A stretch of DNA of 62,737 bases, filler included. It is 9 parts of 9 records of this genome, joined end to end, with 100 filler letters (N's around TTAATTAATTAA, not from the genome) between each part and the next. Parts side by side here need not be neighbours in the genome. Positions count along the whole stretch, not along the records: positions 1 to 6,154 come from SRR20825010_375; positions 6,255 to 11,933 come from SRR20825010_380; 7 more parts are not named here. The stretch is one strand, 5' to 3'. Both the position numbers and the translations under genes were made by a program. The notes below the pieces were generated by a model. The model worked only from the letters and a program-made list of their open reading frames with translations, was not told where the DNA came from and made no database searches. Below are positions 1 to 10,797 of this stretch, piece by piece; the stretch's first letter is position 1, and every line of letters begins with the position of its first letter.

Positions 1-216
1 ATGGTCACCGAATGCTCGATGAGCGACAATGTCGCCGTCGAAAACCCCGATGTCGAATTCGTGCGCCCGTGCAATCTCTGCCCGCATATGAAGCGCATCT
101 CGCTGAAGAACATTCTCGACAGTCTTGTCTATATGCGTGAGGAAGTGACGGTTGATCCGCTCATCGCCGATCGCGCAAGGCTCGCCGTCGAGCGCATGAT
201 CAATCTCAAGAACTGA
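1..216 (+). CDS. nadA: Quinolinate synthase, C-terminal fragment (5' truncated)
   Basis: Translation contains TECSM and the PCNLCPHMK Fe-S cysteine motif and ends AVERM; lies directly upstream of nadB-nadC. Confidence 0.93.
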   Translation: MVTECSMSDNVAVENPDVEFVRPCNLCPHMKRISLKNILDSLVYMREEVTVDPLIADRARLAVERMINLKN

Positions 217-261
217 TCGGTTCCCTCAAGCCATCCGTTCCGAAGTGTCGAGAGGCACATC

Positions 262-1851
262 ATGACCACACGCAAATCTATTGATGCCGGCGACGTACTC
301 ATCGTCGGGGCGGGTCTGGCCGGTCTCTTCACGGCGCTGAAGCTAGCGCCCCGCCCTGTCACTGTGTTGGCAGCGGCTCCCATTGGCGATGGCGCGTCAA
401 GCGCATGGGCGCAAGGCGGCGTTGCGGCGAGCGTCGATGCTGGCGACACGCCCGCCTCGCATACTGCCGACACAGTTATTGCCGGCGCGGGCATTGTGGA
501 TGAGCCTGTCATGCTGCGCATCGCGCAGGAGGCTGGCGACCGCATCGAGGATCTGCTGCGTCTTGGCGTGCCCTTTGACCGCGATCTTGAAGGCAAGCTT
601 TCGCTTGGCCGCGAAGCCGCCCACAGCCATCGCCGCATCGTGCGTGTGCGTGGCGACCGCGCGGGCAAAGCCATCATGGAAGCGCTTGTTGCCGCGGTGC
701 GCGCTACGCCGTCGATCACGGTCATCGAGGGCTATTCGGCCTTTGAACTCATCAAGCAGGGCGAACGCATTGCAGGCGTCCATGCCCATGATGCTGATGG
801 TCAGGTCCTCAGCGTCACAGCGCGCGCCACGGTTCTCGCATCCGGCGGCGTCGGCCAGCTCTTCGCTGTCACCACAAATCCCGTACAGGCGCAGGCGCAA
901 GGCATGGCCATGGCCGCGCGCGCCGGTGCCGTGATTGCCGACCCTGAATTCGTACAGTTCCACCCCACCGCCATTGCAGGCACGCGCGACCCCGCACCGC
1001 TCGTCACAGAAGCCTTGCGCGGCGAAGGCGCAACGCTGGTTGATGGCCAAGGCCGCCGCTTCATGCCCGCCGTCCATCCCGATGCCGAGCTTGCGCCCCG
1101 CGATGTGGTCGCCCGCTCCATCCATCGCGAGATTGCGGCAGGCCGCAGCGTCTTTCTCGACACACGCGCCGCCCTCGGCGCACGCCTGCCTGAAGCCTTC
1201 CCCACTGTCTATGCCAATTGCGTCAGCATGGGTGTTGACCCCGTGCGCGATCCGATCCCCGTCGCACCTGCCGCGCATTACCATATGGGCGGTATCAATG
1301 TGGATGAGCGCGGGCGCACATCGCTTGAAGGCCTATGGGCCTGTGGCGAGGTATCGTCCACCGGCGCACATGGCGCAAACCGTCTGGCGTCGAACTCGCT
1401 TCTCGAAGCCGTTGTCTATGGCGCACGTATTGCCGAAGACATTGCCGCCAGCGAGCTTGCTGATGTGGAGCACAACGCCGCCGCGCCGTTGCTTGATCCG
1501 GCACTTCCCGTCTCGCCACTTCTCGTCACACAATTGCGCCAGTTGATGAGCGCCTCTGTCGGCGTGGTGCGCAACCGCGAAGCGATGGCGCAGGCGCTCG
1601 CTGATATCGAGCGCCTCGCCCAGATGGCTGGCACACAAAACCTCTTCTCCAATCTCGCCACCAGTGCCGCACTGATTGCGGCAGGCGCATTGGCACGCGA
1701 AGAAAGCCGTGGCGGTCATTTCCGCAGTGATTTCCCCGAAGCGCGCGATGTCTGGCAACACCGGACATTCCTCACACTGGATGACGCAAAAACCATTGCG
1801 GCACAGTCACAAGTCCACACTCCGACCACCCGCGAAGGCTCCTGCGCATGA
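262..1851 (+). CDS. nadB: L-aspartate oxidase
   Basis: FAD motif [63 protein letters not shown]; nad operon context. Confidence 0.96.
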   Translation: MTTRKSIDAGDVLIVGAGLAGLFTALKLAPRPVTVLAAAPIGDGASSAWAQGGVAASVDAGDTPASHTADTVIAGAGIVDEPVMLRIAQEAGDRIEDLLRLGVPFDRDLEGKLSLGREAAHSHRRIVRVRGDRAGKAIMEALVAAVRATPSITVIEGYSAFELIKQGERIAGVHAHDADGQVLSVTARATVLASGGVGQLFAVTTNPVQAQAQGMAMAARAGAVIADPEFVQFHPTAIAGTRDPAPLVTEALRGEGATLVDGQGRRFMPAVHPDAELAPRDVVARSIHREIAAGRSVFLDTRAALGARLPEAFPTVYANCVSMGVDPVRDPIPVAPAAHYHMGGINVDERGRTSLEGLWACGEVSSTGAHGANRLASNSLLEAVVYGARIAEDIAASELADVEHNAAAPLLDPALPVSPLLVTQLRQLMSASVGVVRNREAMAQALADIERLAQMAGTQNLFSNLATSAALIAAGALAREESRGGHFRSDFPEARDVWQHRTFLTLDDAKTIAAQSQVHTPTTREGSCA

Positions 1852-2720
1852 CCCTGAAAGACCTCGAACCGCTGTCACCGCTTTTCATTGAACCGGCGGT
1901 GCGCGCGGCGCTTTTGGAAGATCTTGGACGCGCGGGCGACATCACCACAGAAGCCACGATCCCCGCCGGTGCAAAAGCCCGTGTCGTCATTCGCGCGCGC
2001 GAGGACGGACGCATTGCGGGTCTTGATTGCGCACGTGCATCATTTCGTCTGATGGACCCCGCCTTGCGCGTCGCGGTTGAAAAGCCCGATGGCTCGGATG
2101 TTATGCCCGGCGATATTGTGGCCGCCATTGAGGGCAATGCCCGCGCCATCATCACGGGCGAACGAGTGGCTCTTAATTTCATGGGGCATCTTTCAGGCAT
2201 CGCAACCGCCACACGCGAACTTGTGCGCCTTACAGAAGGCACAAAGGCGCGCATCTGCTGCACGCGCAAGACAACACCGGGTCTGCGCGCACTGGAAAAA
2301 TATGCCGTGCGCGCTGGCGGCGGTATGAACCACCGCTTCGGCTTGGATGATGCCGTGCTCATCAAAGACAATCACATCGCGGTGGCGGGCGGCGTGCGCA
2401 ATGCCATTGAGGCGGCGCGCGCGCGTGCCGGTCACATGGTCAAAATCGAAGTCGAGGTCGATACGCTCGACCAGCTTGAAGAAGTCATGCAGATCGGCTG
2501 CGAGGTCGTGCTGCTGGACAATATGAACCCCGAAACGCTGACCATGGCCGTCAAGCTCGTCAATGGCCGCGCCATTTGCGAAGCCTCAGGTCGCGTCACG
2601 GCGGAAACCGCGCGCGCCATTGCCACTTCGGGCGTCGATCTCATCTCCTGCGGCTGGATCACACATTCCGCCCCCTGCCTGGATCTTGGCTTGGATTTCG
2701 ACGCGCTGACCGCCTCCTGA
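1848..2720 (+). CDS. nadC: Nicotinate-nucleotide diphosphorylase (quinolinate phosphoribosyltransferase)
   Basis: [35 protein letters not shown] and LLDNM motifs; ATGA overlap with nadB. Confidence 0.97.
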   Translation: MTLKDLEPLSPLFIEPAVRAALLEDLGRAGDITTEATIPAGAKARVVIRAREDGRIAGLDCARASFRLMDPALRVAVEKPDGSDVMPGDIVAAIEGNARAIITGERVALNFMGHLSGIATATRELVRLTEGTKARICCTRKTTPGLRALEKYAVRAGGGMNHRFGLDDAVLIKDNHIAVAGGVRNAIEAARARAGHMVKIEVEVDTLDQLEEVMQIGCEVVLLDNMNPETLTMAVKLVNGRAICEASGRVTAETARAIATSGVDLISCGWITHSAPCLDLGLDFDALTAS

Positions 2721-2802
2721 GCTATTCTTTCTGACACCTCTCCGAAATTTCGATAGACTTCGGTCCATCAAAATCCAGAACACGCAAAAAGCGGAGAGAC
2801 AC

Positions 2803-3612
2803 ATGGGAAGCGCAAACGGGCGGAAGTCCATTTTCATCACAGGAGCCGCCTCGGGCATGGGGCTTGAGACAGCACGGCTGTTTCACGGCAAAGGCTGGTT
2901 CATTGGCGGCTATGACGTCAATGCCGAAGGATTGAAGAAGCTCGAAGCCGAGCTTGGAGCCGACAATTGCGTCGTCCAAACACTCGATGTCACCGACAAG
3001 AAGGCCTACGAGGCCGCGATTGCCGCTTTCGGCAAAGCCACAGATGGCAAGATGGACGTGCTCTTCAACAATGCGGGCATCGGGCGCGGTGGTTTCTTTG
3101 ACGAAATGCCGTTTGAAGACGTGCTGGCCGTGGTGAATGTGAATTTTGTCGGCGTGCTCAATGGCATCTATTCGGCCATTGGCCTGCTCAAAGCCACGCC
3201 GGGTTCGCTTTGCTTCACCACCTCTTCTTCGTCGGCCACATATGGCATGCCGGGCATTGCCGTCTATTCAGCCACCAAACATGCGGTGAAGGGCCTGTCG
3301 GAAGCCCTTTCCATCGAATTCCGCCGCCATGGCGTACGCGTCGCAGACGTGCTGCCGGGCCTGATCGACACCCCCATCCTGCCAGATGGCGCGATTGCAG
3401 GTGCGCCCAAGGAAGGCATGTTCCGCGCCATTCCGCCGGTTGAGGTCGCCAAGGTGGTCTGGGAAGCCTATGGCTCGGACAAGCTGCACTGGTATGTGCC
3501 GCCGGAACTTGCCGAACTGGACAAGGCCGCAGGCAATGCGCCGGAAGCCGTGCGTGAGCAGATCGCGACATCTGCCATGTTCTCCCAGCAGCAGCCTGCC
3601 GCTAAAGACTGA
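2803..3612 (+). CDS. Short-chain dehydrogenase/reductase (SDR)
   Basis: TGAASGMG Rossmann motif, NNAG, catalytic YSATK; GGAG RBS upstream. Confidence 0.92.
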   Translation: MGSANGRKSIFITGAASGMGLETARLFHGKGWFIGGYDVNAEGLKKLEAELGADNCVVQTLDVTDKKAYEAAIAAFGKATDGKMDVLFNNAGIGRGGFFDEMPFEDVLAVVNVNFVGVLNGIYSAIGLLKATPGSLCFTTSSSSATYGMPGIAVYSATKHAVKGLSEALSIEFRRHGVRVADVLPGLIDTPILPDGAIAGAPKEGMFRAIPPVEVAKVVWEAYGSDKLHWYVPPELAELDKAAGNAPEAVREQIATSAMFSQQQPAAKD

Positions 3613-3633
3613 GACAGCTGGACAGCATGAAAC

Positions 3634-3668
3634 AAAAAGGGCGGAACCTTGTGGGTTCCGCCCTTTTT
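3634..3668. terminator. Bidirectional intrinsic terminator between the convergent SDR and cell-wall hydrolase genes
   Basis: AAAAAGGGCGGAACC-loop-GGTTCCGCCCTTTTT hairpin with an A-tract and a T-tract at the ends. Confidence 0.88.
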
Positions 3669-3700
3669 CGTATCCGGTATCGCTTGCGATTTATGACCGG

Positions 3701-4540
3701 TCAGGATTGGGGACCGGTCAGGCCGTCCGCATCGCTGCTATAGAAGATATGCTGGCCGATCTTGGCCACTTCGACCATATGGGGCGCCCAATAAGGGTTC
3801 ACATAAGACGCATGATAATAGGTGGCAGCGCCAACCAGCGAATTGCGAACTCGGCCCGAAAGCACGTAATGCGCCATGCGCTGGGCCTTGCGCCAGGCCA
3901 GATGATCGCGCGATCGCTTCATGGAGCCGTCACAGGCAAACGAGAACTGGCAGCGGCCTGTGCTTGCACCCTGAAAGACCACACCGCAGATGGTGGAGGG
4001 ATAGCGACCTGACAGAACGCGGTTGATCACGACTTCGGCCACAGCCAGCTGACCGACCGCACGTTCGCCACGGGCTTCATAATAGATGCCTTCGATCAGG
4101 CAGCGGCGTTCGGCTTCAAGATCATTCAGCTTGATCTGCAATGTCGGACGGGCAATCGCGTCGCTTTCCGACAGAGCGCTGTCATCGAGCATGTTATTGT
4201 CGTCAAAGCGCAGCAGGCCTGAATCCGAGCTGTGATAGACAGCCGAGACAATGCCGCCGCTCTGCTGAGCTTTCTGGCTGGCTGTCATCACCTGCGCGGT
4301 TGCGGCATTGGCGGCGGTTGCGGCATCCGACGTAATCGTCAGGGCCACCACATCGGCACCGGCTTTATCAGGGTCCATCGTTGCAGCGGCGACGATGGAG
4401 GGCGCGCTTGTCGCCTCGCTCTTCGTCACGCTGATGGCCAGAGCGCCTGTAACTGCGGTAAGGCAAAATAAACCAACCGCGACATGCGCTGTGCCAGAAA
4501 CGATATGGCTCACATCGAGCCATTCCAGAAGTCTTCGCAT
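3701..4540 (-). CDS. Cell wall hydrolase (SleB/CwlJ, Hydrolase_2 family) with N-terminal hydrophobic segment
   Basis: CLIEGIYYEARGE, GQLAVAEVVINRV, YPSTICGVVFQ, CQFSFACDG, ATYYHASYVNPYW, KIGQHIFY. Confidence 0.9.
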   Translation of the reverse strand: MRRLLEWLDVSHIVSGTAHVAVGLFCLTAVTGALAISVTKSEATSAPSIVAAATMDPDKAGADVVALTITSDAATAANAATAQVMTASQKAQQSGGIVSAVYHSSDSGLLRFDDNNMLDDSALSESDAIARPTLQIKLNDLEAERRCLIEGIYYEARGERAVGQLAVAEVVINRVLSGRYPSTICGVVFQGASTGRCQFSFACDGSMKRSRDHLAWRKAQRMAHYVLSGRVRNSLVGAATYYHASYVNPYWAPHMVEVAKIGQHIFYSSDADGLTGPQS

Positions 4541-5281
4541 CGTTCTCCAATCCGACCGCTACGTTGTTCTCTCAGTCCTCGGCGCGCCCCACGCCTTTCT
4601 CTAGTGGGTCGCTTTCCCCTCCAATGAGGGACCCTCAACGGCGAGGGGTCTTACGAAGTACTGCAGACAGCTTTGCTGTGCGTTCTAGAGCCCGATGCCT
4701 TTCCCGACACCTGGGCGTTTACACATTCCTTAATTGGTGGTCGAGATAGCATGCGTCCAGAGGGCCGCCAAGGCTTTCTTGCGTCCCGAAAATGAACATT
4801 CCTCAATCTCATGGGTTTACCTTGCGTTTCGAGGTTAATGACCCTCGAAAAAACGGCTGAATCACTCGATTCCGTCGTTAGCAAATGCGCAAAAAAGTCG
4901 CAGTTTGCGCATTGGTATACAGACTGATTCATTTTCCATTTTGCAGAGGCGAATGGAGAATAATGTCCACCATTCACAGCAAATGCCCATAAATGCCTGC
5001 GGGACAAGCACAATTCCGATTGTGATAATTTTCCTTATTGCACCGCACAGCAGCACACATAACACCAACAACGTTTTTGAATAACAATCTGTATAAAGAT
5101 CATAAACATAAACCATCCGGAAGCTGACATATTAATCAGTCTACAGATTTATTTCCCGATTTGAGCTGCATAGAGATTAATTTTTCCACCTCAAACAGCC
5201 CTCGCGGATCAGCACAGGAACCTCCAAAACGGGCCTGTTCAAGGTTAAGAGAACACCTGTTTGGTTAACCTATAGAACAGC

Positions 5282-5309
5282 AAAAAGGGGCCGAAAACGG
5301 CCCCTTTTT
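5282..5309 (-). terminator. Intrinsic terminator of ppdK
   Basis: AAAAAGGGGCCG-AAAA-CGGCCCCTTTTT perfect hairpin about 30 nt past the ppdK stop. Confidence 0.88.
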
Positions 5310-5340
5310 CATCATTTCAGGTGATAGTGACTATTCACGA

Positions 5341-6154
5341 TCAGACGTCGCGTTCATGTCCTTTGGACAGCGCCGACTGGGCGGCGGCAAGCCGCGCGAT
5401 CGGCACGCGATAGGGCGAGCAGGAGACATAGGTCAGGCCGACCTCTTCGCAGAAGGCGATGGAGGCCGGGTCGCCGCCATGCTCGCCGCAGATACCGAGC
5501 TTGATGTCGGGGCGGGTCTGGCGACCGCGTTCGGCGGCAATCGAGACCAGTTCGCCCACGCCTTCGGTGTCCAGCGAGACGAACGGGTCCTGCTGGATGA
5601 CCTTCTTGGCTACATAGTCATTGATGAAATTGGCCGCGTCGTCCCGGCTGATGCCATAGGTCGTTTGGGTCAAGTCATTGGTACCAAAGGAGAAAAACTC
5701 TGCTGATTCGGCAATCTGACGGGCCATCAGCGCAGCGCGCGGCAGCTCGATCATAGTGCCGATCTGGTAGGTGAGCTTGGCGCCCTGCTCTTTTTCGACC
5801 GCGGCGGCGACCGCCACGATCTTGGCTTTGAGCATATCCAGCTCGGATTTCATCGAAACCAGCGGGATCATGACCTCGGGGATCACAGCCTCGCCTGTCT
5901 CTTTGGCGGCTTCAATGGCCGCTTCAAAGATCGCACGGGCCTGCATCTCGTAGATTTCAGGATATGTGATGCCGAGGCGGCAGCCACGATGGCCGAGCAT
6001 GGGGTTGAATTCATGCAGGTCGGCCACGCGGCGGGCGAGCTTTTCGACGTCGATGCCTGTCGAGGCGGCCACTTGCGCCATTTCCTCGTCGCCCTTGGGC
6101 AGGAATTCATGCAGCGGCGGGTCGAGCAGACGGATCGTGACCGGCAGGCCCTTC
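5341..6154 (-). CDS. ppdK: Pyruvate, phosphate dikinase, C-terminal part (truncated by contig end)
   Basis: [62 protein letters not shown]. Confidence 0.96.
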
Positions 6155-6254
6155 NNNNNNNNNNNNNNNNNNNNNNNNNNNNNNNNNNNNNNNNNNNNTT
6201 AATTAATTAANNNNNNNNNNNNNNNNNNNNNNNNNNNNNNNNNNNNNNNNNNNN
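6155..6254. other. Artificial contig spacer
   Basis: N44-TTAATTAATTAA-N44 with stops in all six frames; base composition changes abruptly across it. Confidence 0.99.
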
Positions 6255-6281
6255 CCTGTCAGGTTTTTGAAACCTGACAGG
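6255..6281. repeat. REP-like extragenic palindrome at the contig edge
   Basis: CCTGTCAGGTTT-TTG-AAACCTGACAGG, a perfect 12-bp inverted repeat. Confidence 0.6.
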
Positions 6282-6286
6282 TCTTA

Positions 6287-6321
6287 AAAAAGGCTTGCTA
6301 AATCAATTAGCAAGCCTTTTT
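6287..6321 (-). terminator. Intrinsic terminator of the M1 peptidase gene
   Basis: AAAAAGGCTTGCTA-loop-TAGCAAGCCTTTTT. Confidence 0.85.
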
Positions 6322-6357
6322 ACTATCTACTGTGCACTGAGCACTAAAAACTATCTC

Positions 6358-8355
6358 CTATTTATTCTCCCAAACGTTGTCCGCAGCATTGTTATCTGGG
6401 AACCTACCATCAGGATCCAAAGTGATTTTCTTGATTTTTCTTCCTCCAAATTTCAATTCAGCATTGAAAGTACGTTCGCCATTGAACCAAACACTGGCTG
6501 GCCAAGTAACAATTGCTGTATTGGCATCAATCATTTTAGCATTGCTCATTGATTTGATGGCTGCACCACTGGTTTCAAATTCAACCTTAAGCACCACTGG
6601 CGAAGGCATCTGCCCCGCTTGGTGCACCGTCACTTTCGTTGTAGACCCTGGATTCACACTTTTTATTGAACCATCCACTGACTCGGTAGTCCACAACCAG
6701 TAGTACCAAAACCACTCAAGGTTCTGATTTAGTTCGTTATTCATAAAGAATACATAATCCCAAGGCGAAGGATGTTTGAACGCCCAAGTTTCAGTGTATT
6801 TTTTCATAGCATTAATCACAGCTTCATCTCCTACAATGCCACCTAACATCGACAGCATCAAAGGTGCTTTGCTATAAGTTTGGTATCCATAACCGTCTCC
6901 AGCGTAATTCGATAACCACATCATTGTAGCTTCATCGTCATCTCCGCTTCTACGGCCATAACTCGCTCCTCTTCCATTCAAATTGGCGGGCTCACCTCTA
7001 CTGTCTGCCGCAGAAAGAATGTTCATATAGGTATTAAAACCTTCGTCCATCCAGCCATAACGGGTTTCGTTGGTGCCTACCATCATTGGCCACCATTGGT
7101 GCGCCACTTCATGATCGGCTGCTCCTTGGTTAGAGTTGACTACCATTGGGTACTCCATTCCTGCACTTGGCCCATCTTGCATGGTCATTTGAGGGAAAGG
7201 GTAAGGTGCCCAAAGGTCAGAATAGAACTCTAATGCATGTCTTGTGATCTCTCCTGCTCGCGCGAAAAGTCTTGCTCTTTCTGGCAAGTATACCATGTGA
7301 ATTGGAATCGGTCCTTTTTCAGGAATAGTAGCTCTGGTAGCGGTCCACATAAAGTCTGGCGAAGTTGCCCAAGCAAAATCATTTACTTTATCAGCTACAA
7401 AACGCCATACAAGGCTCTCGCCTTCTGCAGTTGCTTTTCCAGCCCCTCTTTCATCTTCGCCTACAATTACAATTTCATTATCAGAATCTAGCACTTTGGT
7501 TAAACGCTCTCTGGTTTGTGCCGAAAGCACTTCTTCAGGGTTTTGCAAAACGCCTGTTCCACTCACGATCCAACCGGCAGGTACGTCAATGCTTACATCA
7601 AAACGACCGAAGTTATTGAAGAACTCAGTTGGACCTAAGTAAACATTAGTTTCCCAACCACGCATTTCGTCAAATTTGGCCAAACGTGGGAACCACTGTG
7701 TAGGCTGAAAAACATTAGATCCCCAACGCTGGGTCATTCTATGTCCTCTACCGTTTTCTCCACCGGGTAATTTCGTATTCCAATCAATTTCTAAAGTCCC
7801 TGTGCTTTTAGCAGGAATTGGTTCAGCCAGCATAATTGTAGCTACAGTTTGTTGTAAACCTGTCACTTGTAATTTCTGCTCTCCACTACCACCTCTTCTT
7901 CTAAAGCTAGAACGAGCGCCCAAATCTACTTCATCGCCATTCACTACCATACGCGTAATGATCATTCCCTCAGTAGTTTCGGCCGGAACCGAAGAGCCTC
8001 TTGGTACATCGGCACGGAAAATATTGTGATCCAATCTCAGCACAATTCTGTCCATCGGCTGATCGCTGTTGTTATGGATTTTAATCGTTTCGCTTCCCCA
8101 AATGGTTTGAGTTTGCGGGTTTAAACTGGCGTTGATCGTATAATCAGTTTCTAACTGCCAATAATTTGGCCCTGGCTTTCCTGAAAAATCTCGAGTTTTG
8201 GCTTCGAAAGCATTCATAATGGGATTAGGAAGCGGCACATCCATTCGGATAGCTCGCTTTGAAGTTTCCACCGACTTCCGTAACGGAAGTGGATTCTGAG
8301 CCATCACCATCGTGGTGGTGACCAGCATTAGAAAGGTAAACAGGCGTTTATTCAT
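6358..8355 (-). CDS. Secreted M1 family (gluzincin) metallopeptidase
   Basis: Sec signal peptide, YWQLETDY, AGMEYP exopeptidase motif, HEVAHQWW...WMDEG zinc motif, YSKAPLML. Confidence 0.92.
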   Translation of the reverse strand: MNKRLFTFLMLVTTTMVMAQNPLPLRKSVETSKRAIRMDVPLPNPIMNAFEAKTRDFSGKPGPNYWQLETDYTINASLNPQTQTIWGSETIKIHNNSDQPMDRIVLRLDHNIFRADVPRGSSVPAETTEGMIITRMVVNGDEVDLGARSSFRRRGGSGEQKLQVTGLQQTVATIMLAEPIPAKSTGTLEIDWNTKLPGGENGRGHRMTQRWGSNVFQPTQWFPRLAKFDEMRGWETNVYLGPTEFFNNFGRFDVSIDVPAGWIVSGTGVLQNPEEVLSAQTRERLTKVLDSDNEIVIVGEDERGAGKATAEGESLVWRFVADKVNDFAWATSPDFMWTATRATIPEKGPIPIHMVYLPERARLFARAGEITRHALEFYSDLWAPYPFPQMTMQDGPSAGMEYPMVVNSNQGAADHEVAHQWWPMMVGTNETRYGWMDEGFNTYMNILSAADSRGEPANLNGRGASYGRRSGDDDEATMMWLSNYAGDGYGYQTYSKAPLMLSMLGGIVGDEAVINAMKKYTETWAFKHPSPWDYVFFMNNELNQNLEWFWYYWLWTTESVDGSIKSVNPGSTTKVTVHQAGQMPSPVVLKVEFETSGAAIKSMSNAKMIDANTAIVTWPASVWFNGERTFNAELKFGGRKIKKITLDPDGRFPDNNAADNVWENK

Positions 8356-8470
8356 TGTTTGAGTTTTTATAAAAAATGAGCTTAAGCGTTAAATTGATCA
8401 AACAATATAAGGCTATGCGCGCTCAGATAAAAACTGATATTTTCGAGTGGTGAGAAAGTGAGATTGAAGG

Positions 8471-9230
8471 CTACCAAAACTTTGGAAACACCGCAGGAGT
8501 TTGTGACTTATAGGCATTAAATGCCTCGTTTCCTTCGTAACGCTTTTCTAGCATGGGTACACCAGAAACCTTCAATAATAGGAAAGTGATCAACAGAGGA
8601 CTGATAAAGGCCAGCCCACCATAGTTAATGGGCAATACCATAATGGCCAGTGACCACCACATTACAATTTCTCCAAAGTAATTTGGGTGACGGCTGTACT
8701 TCCACAAACCTGTTTGTAGCACCTCGCCTTTGCGCTGGCCTTTCTTCTTGAATTGCTTGAGTTGGGCATCGGCCACAGCCTGATAGAAAAAGCCAAAGCA
8801 CCAAAACGAAAGTGCGGAGTAAGTAACCCAACTTATTTCCCCTCCCATGTAGGCCACCAAAGTAACGGGAGAGCTAATCACCAATAAAATGATCACCTGC
8901 AACAGGTACACCTGCAAAAATGAACGCCAATAGAAAGAGTTCCCCCCACTCTTCCCTCCATTTGAGATAGCGGAAATCTTCGGTCTTCTTTAGATTTCGT
9001 AAACCAATATGAACAGTCAAACGAATGCCCCAAATACAAACCAAGGCATAGACAAGCGTGCTTAAATCACTTGAATCAGTACTGAAATAAAGGTAAACGC
9101 AGAGCAGCACATAGCCCAAGCCCCAGGCCACATCGGCAATGTCGTTGCGCTTTAGGATTAGGGAAACGATAAACCAGAAGGTTGCGTAGCCAAAAGCTAG
9201 AAGAAAAATATTGGGAAATAGGTCGATCAC
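8471..9230 (-). pseudogene. DUF1295 family membrane protein (steroid 5-alpha-reductase-like), interrupted by a +1 frameshift in a G6 run at 8942-8947
   Basis: GTG start overlaps the DUF2177 stop. DIADVAWG and EDFRY..WREEWG are in one frame; NSFYWRSFLQVYLLQ...TGLWKYSRHPNYFGE is in the next. Removing one G restores a single ORF. Confidence 0.8.
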
Positions 9231-9637
9231 GCTTGCAACCATCGTGTAATCCCATAGCCCGAAGCACTTACCGCAGCGGTCAGTACTGAGCCCCAAATAA
9301 TATCGATCAACACAATTTTAATAGGCCAGTCTTTCAATGTAGCCAAATTGGTGAGGTCGTAAGTGGCGTAAGTGAAGAACCCAAAAAGTGCGCCCATCAT
9401 AATGGCGTATTTGAGTGACTCTTTGTTGACGGCTGGAACAATGGCGAAGATATAAATGCCTACAATAAACAGCAGGTAGAAAATAATAGCGGCTGTCCAA
9501 TTCACTTGATCTGCCAGTAAGCCTCCCAAATGCTTATTGTAAAGGTTTTTAGCCACAACCCCCAGCCAAACCAAGTCAATAGCGAAAAATACGATGGTCG
9601 TAAGTAAGTAACTTTTAAGCAGTAGTATAAAAGACAT
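9227..9637 (-). CDS. DUF2177 family membrane protein
   Basis: IDLVWLG, GFFTYATYDLTNLATLKDWP, DIIWG; four hydrophobic segments. Confidence 0.88.
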   Translation of the reverse strand: MSFILLLKSYLLTTIVFFAIDLVWLGVVAKNLYNKHLGGLLADQVNWTAAIIFYLLFIVGIYIFAIVPAVNKESLKYAIMMGALFGFFTYATYDLTNLATLKDWPIKIVLIDIIWGSVLTAAVSASGYGITRWLQA

Positions 9638-9721
9638 ATCTCAATTTACGGAAATAACAGCAGCCGAGTAATTATTGTTTTCGGTCTGTACTTATTCGAA
9701 TAACATGCTTATTATTAACAC

Positions 9722-10615
9722 ATGAAAAAGAAACTCCCGCTCAGCCTGCTAAGTCTATTCATGCTTCCCCTAGTTGCATTCTCTCAAACCATTCTTGAAG
9801 ACAGTGTAATGAATGGAAACAACTTCCAAAAGGCGGCTTTTCGTTTATGGATAGGAAAGGACATTCAAAAAGTAAGAGGCGTAATCGTAATGGTTCCTGG
9901 CTCAAATGGCAATGGTCGTGATATGGTGAACCAACCGGAGTGGCAAGCTTTGGCCAATAAGCACAGCATGGCCATCTTGGCGGCAGACATTAAAGACAAA
10001 CGCAGCCCGAATATGGCCATTGAGCAATATGCTGATGTAAAAAGCGGAACAGGTCAGGCCATGCTAGATGTACTGAGTCGATTGGCGACAAAAAGCGGAC
10101 ATCCTGAGTTGAATACTGTTCCATTTGCATTGTGGGGCATGTCCGCTGGTGGCGAATTTAACTATGAGTTTGCTTGCTGGAAGCCAGAAAGGGTGATTAC
10201 GTTTATCGTGAACAAAGGAGGCGTTTACTACACCGCATTAGCTTCTGAAGCGACACGAGCAGTGCCTGGAGTTTTCCTTACGGGTGAAATTGACAATCCA
10301 TATCGTAATAATATTGTAAAAGGCATTTATTCCGTCAACCGCAGGTTTGGCGCCAAATGGATTTTTGCAGAAGAACCCGGTCAGGGACATGAGTTTGCTA
10401 AATCGGAAGCATTCACTTTGAAATACTTTGACGAAATCATTCCTATCCGACTTGATGAAAATGGCAACTTAAAACCCTTAAGTGAAAAAGCTTTCCTTGG
10501 CGAAGTAGGCACTGGAAAAGTAGCTGGTACTGAAACTAAAAATTCATTTACAGACATTACTTCCTGGTTACCGAATACGGTTATTGTTGATTTATGGAAA
10601 GGGCTGTTTCAATAG
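9722..10615 (+). CDS. Secreted alpha/beta-hydrolase fold protein
   Basis: Signal peptide; oxyanion-like VPGSNG; nucleophile elbow WGMSAGG; candidate acid (GEID) and catalytic His (GHE). Confidence 0.7.
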   Translation: MKKKLPLSLLSLFMLPLVAFSQTILEDSVMNGNNFQKAAFRLWIGKDIQKVRGVIVMVPGSNGNGRDMVNQPEWQALANKHSMAILAADIKDKRSPNMAIEQYADVKSGTGQAMLDVLSRLATKSGHPELNTVPFALWGMSAGGEFNYEFACWKPERVITFIVNKGGVYYTALASEATRAVPGVFLTGEIDNPYRNNIVKGIYSVNRRFGAKWIFAEEPGQGHEFAKSEAFTLKYFDEIIPIRLDENGNLKPLSEKAFLGEVGTGKVAGTETKNSFTDITSWLPNTVIVDLWKGLFQ

Positions 10616-10797
10616 ATAAAAATGAATTTGGTCTTCCTGTTTCTCTAAGATCGGTAGAAATAGAAACCGCTGCCGCTTCTCTAGTTCGTACTTGTAGTGC
10701 GGACTGGTCTTCCTTTCTTAATAATACGCTACAAGCGCATTACAAGATAGGTACTCGCCACAGGCAAGCACCAGTTACATTAGATGTAAAAAGCCGA

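Noticed and set aside
6199-6210. Recurring TTAATTAATTAA as a biological repeat or CRISPR-like array
   Set aside because: It is always embedded in N-runs of fixed length, so it is an artificial spacer; no CRISPR array or cas gene was seen
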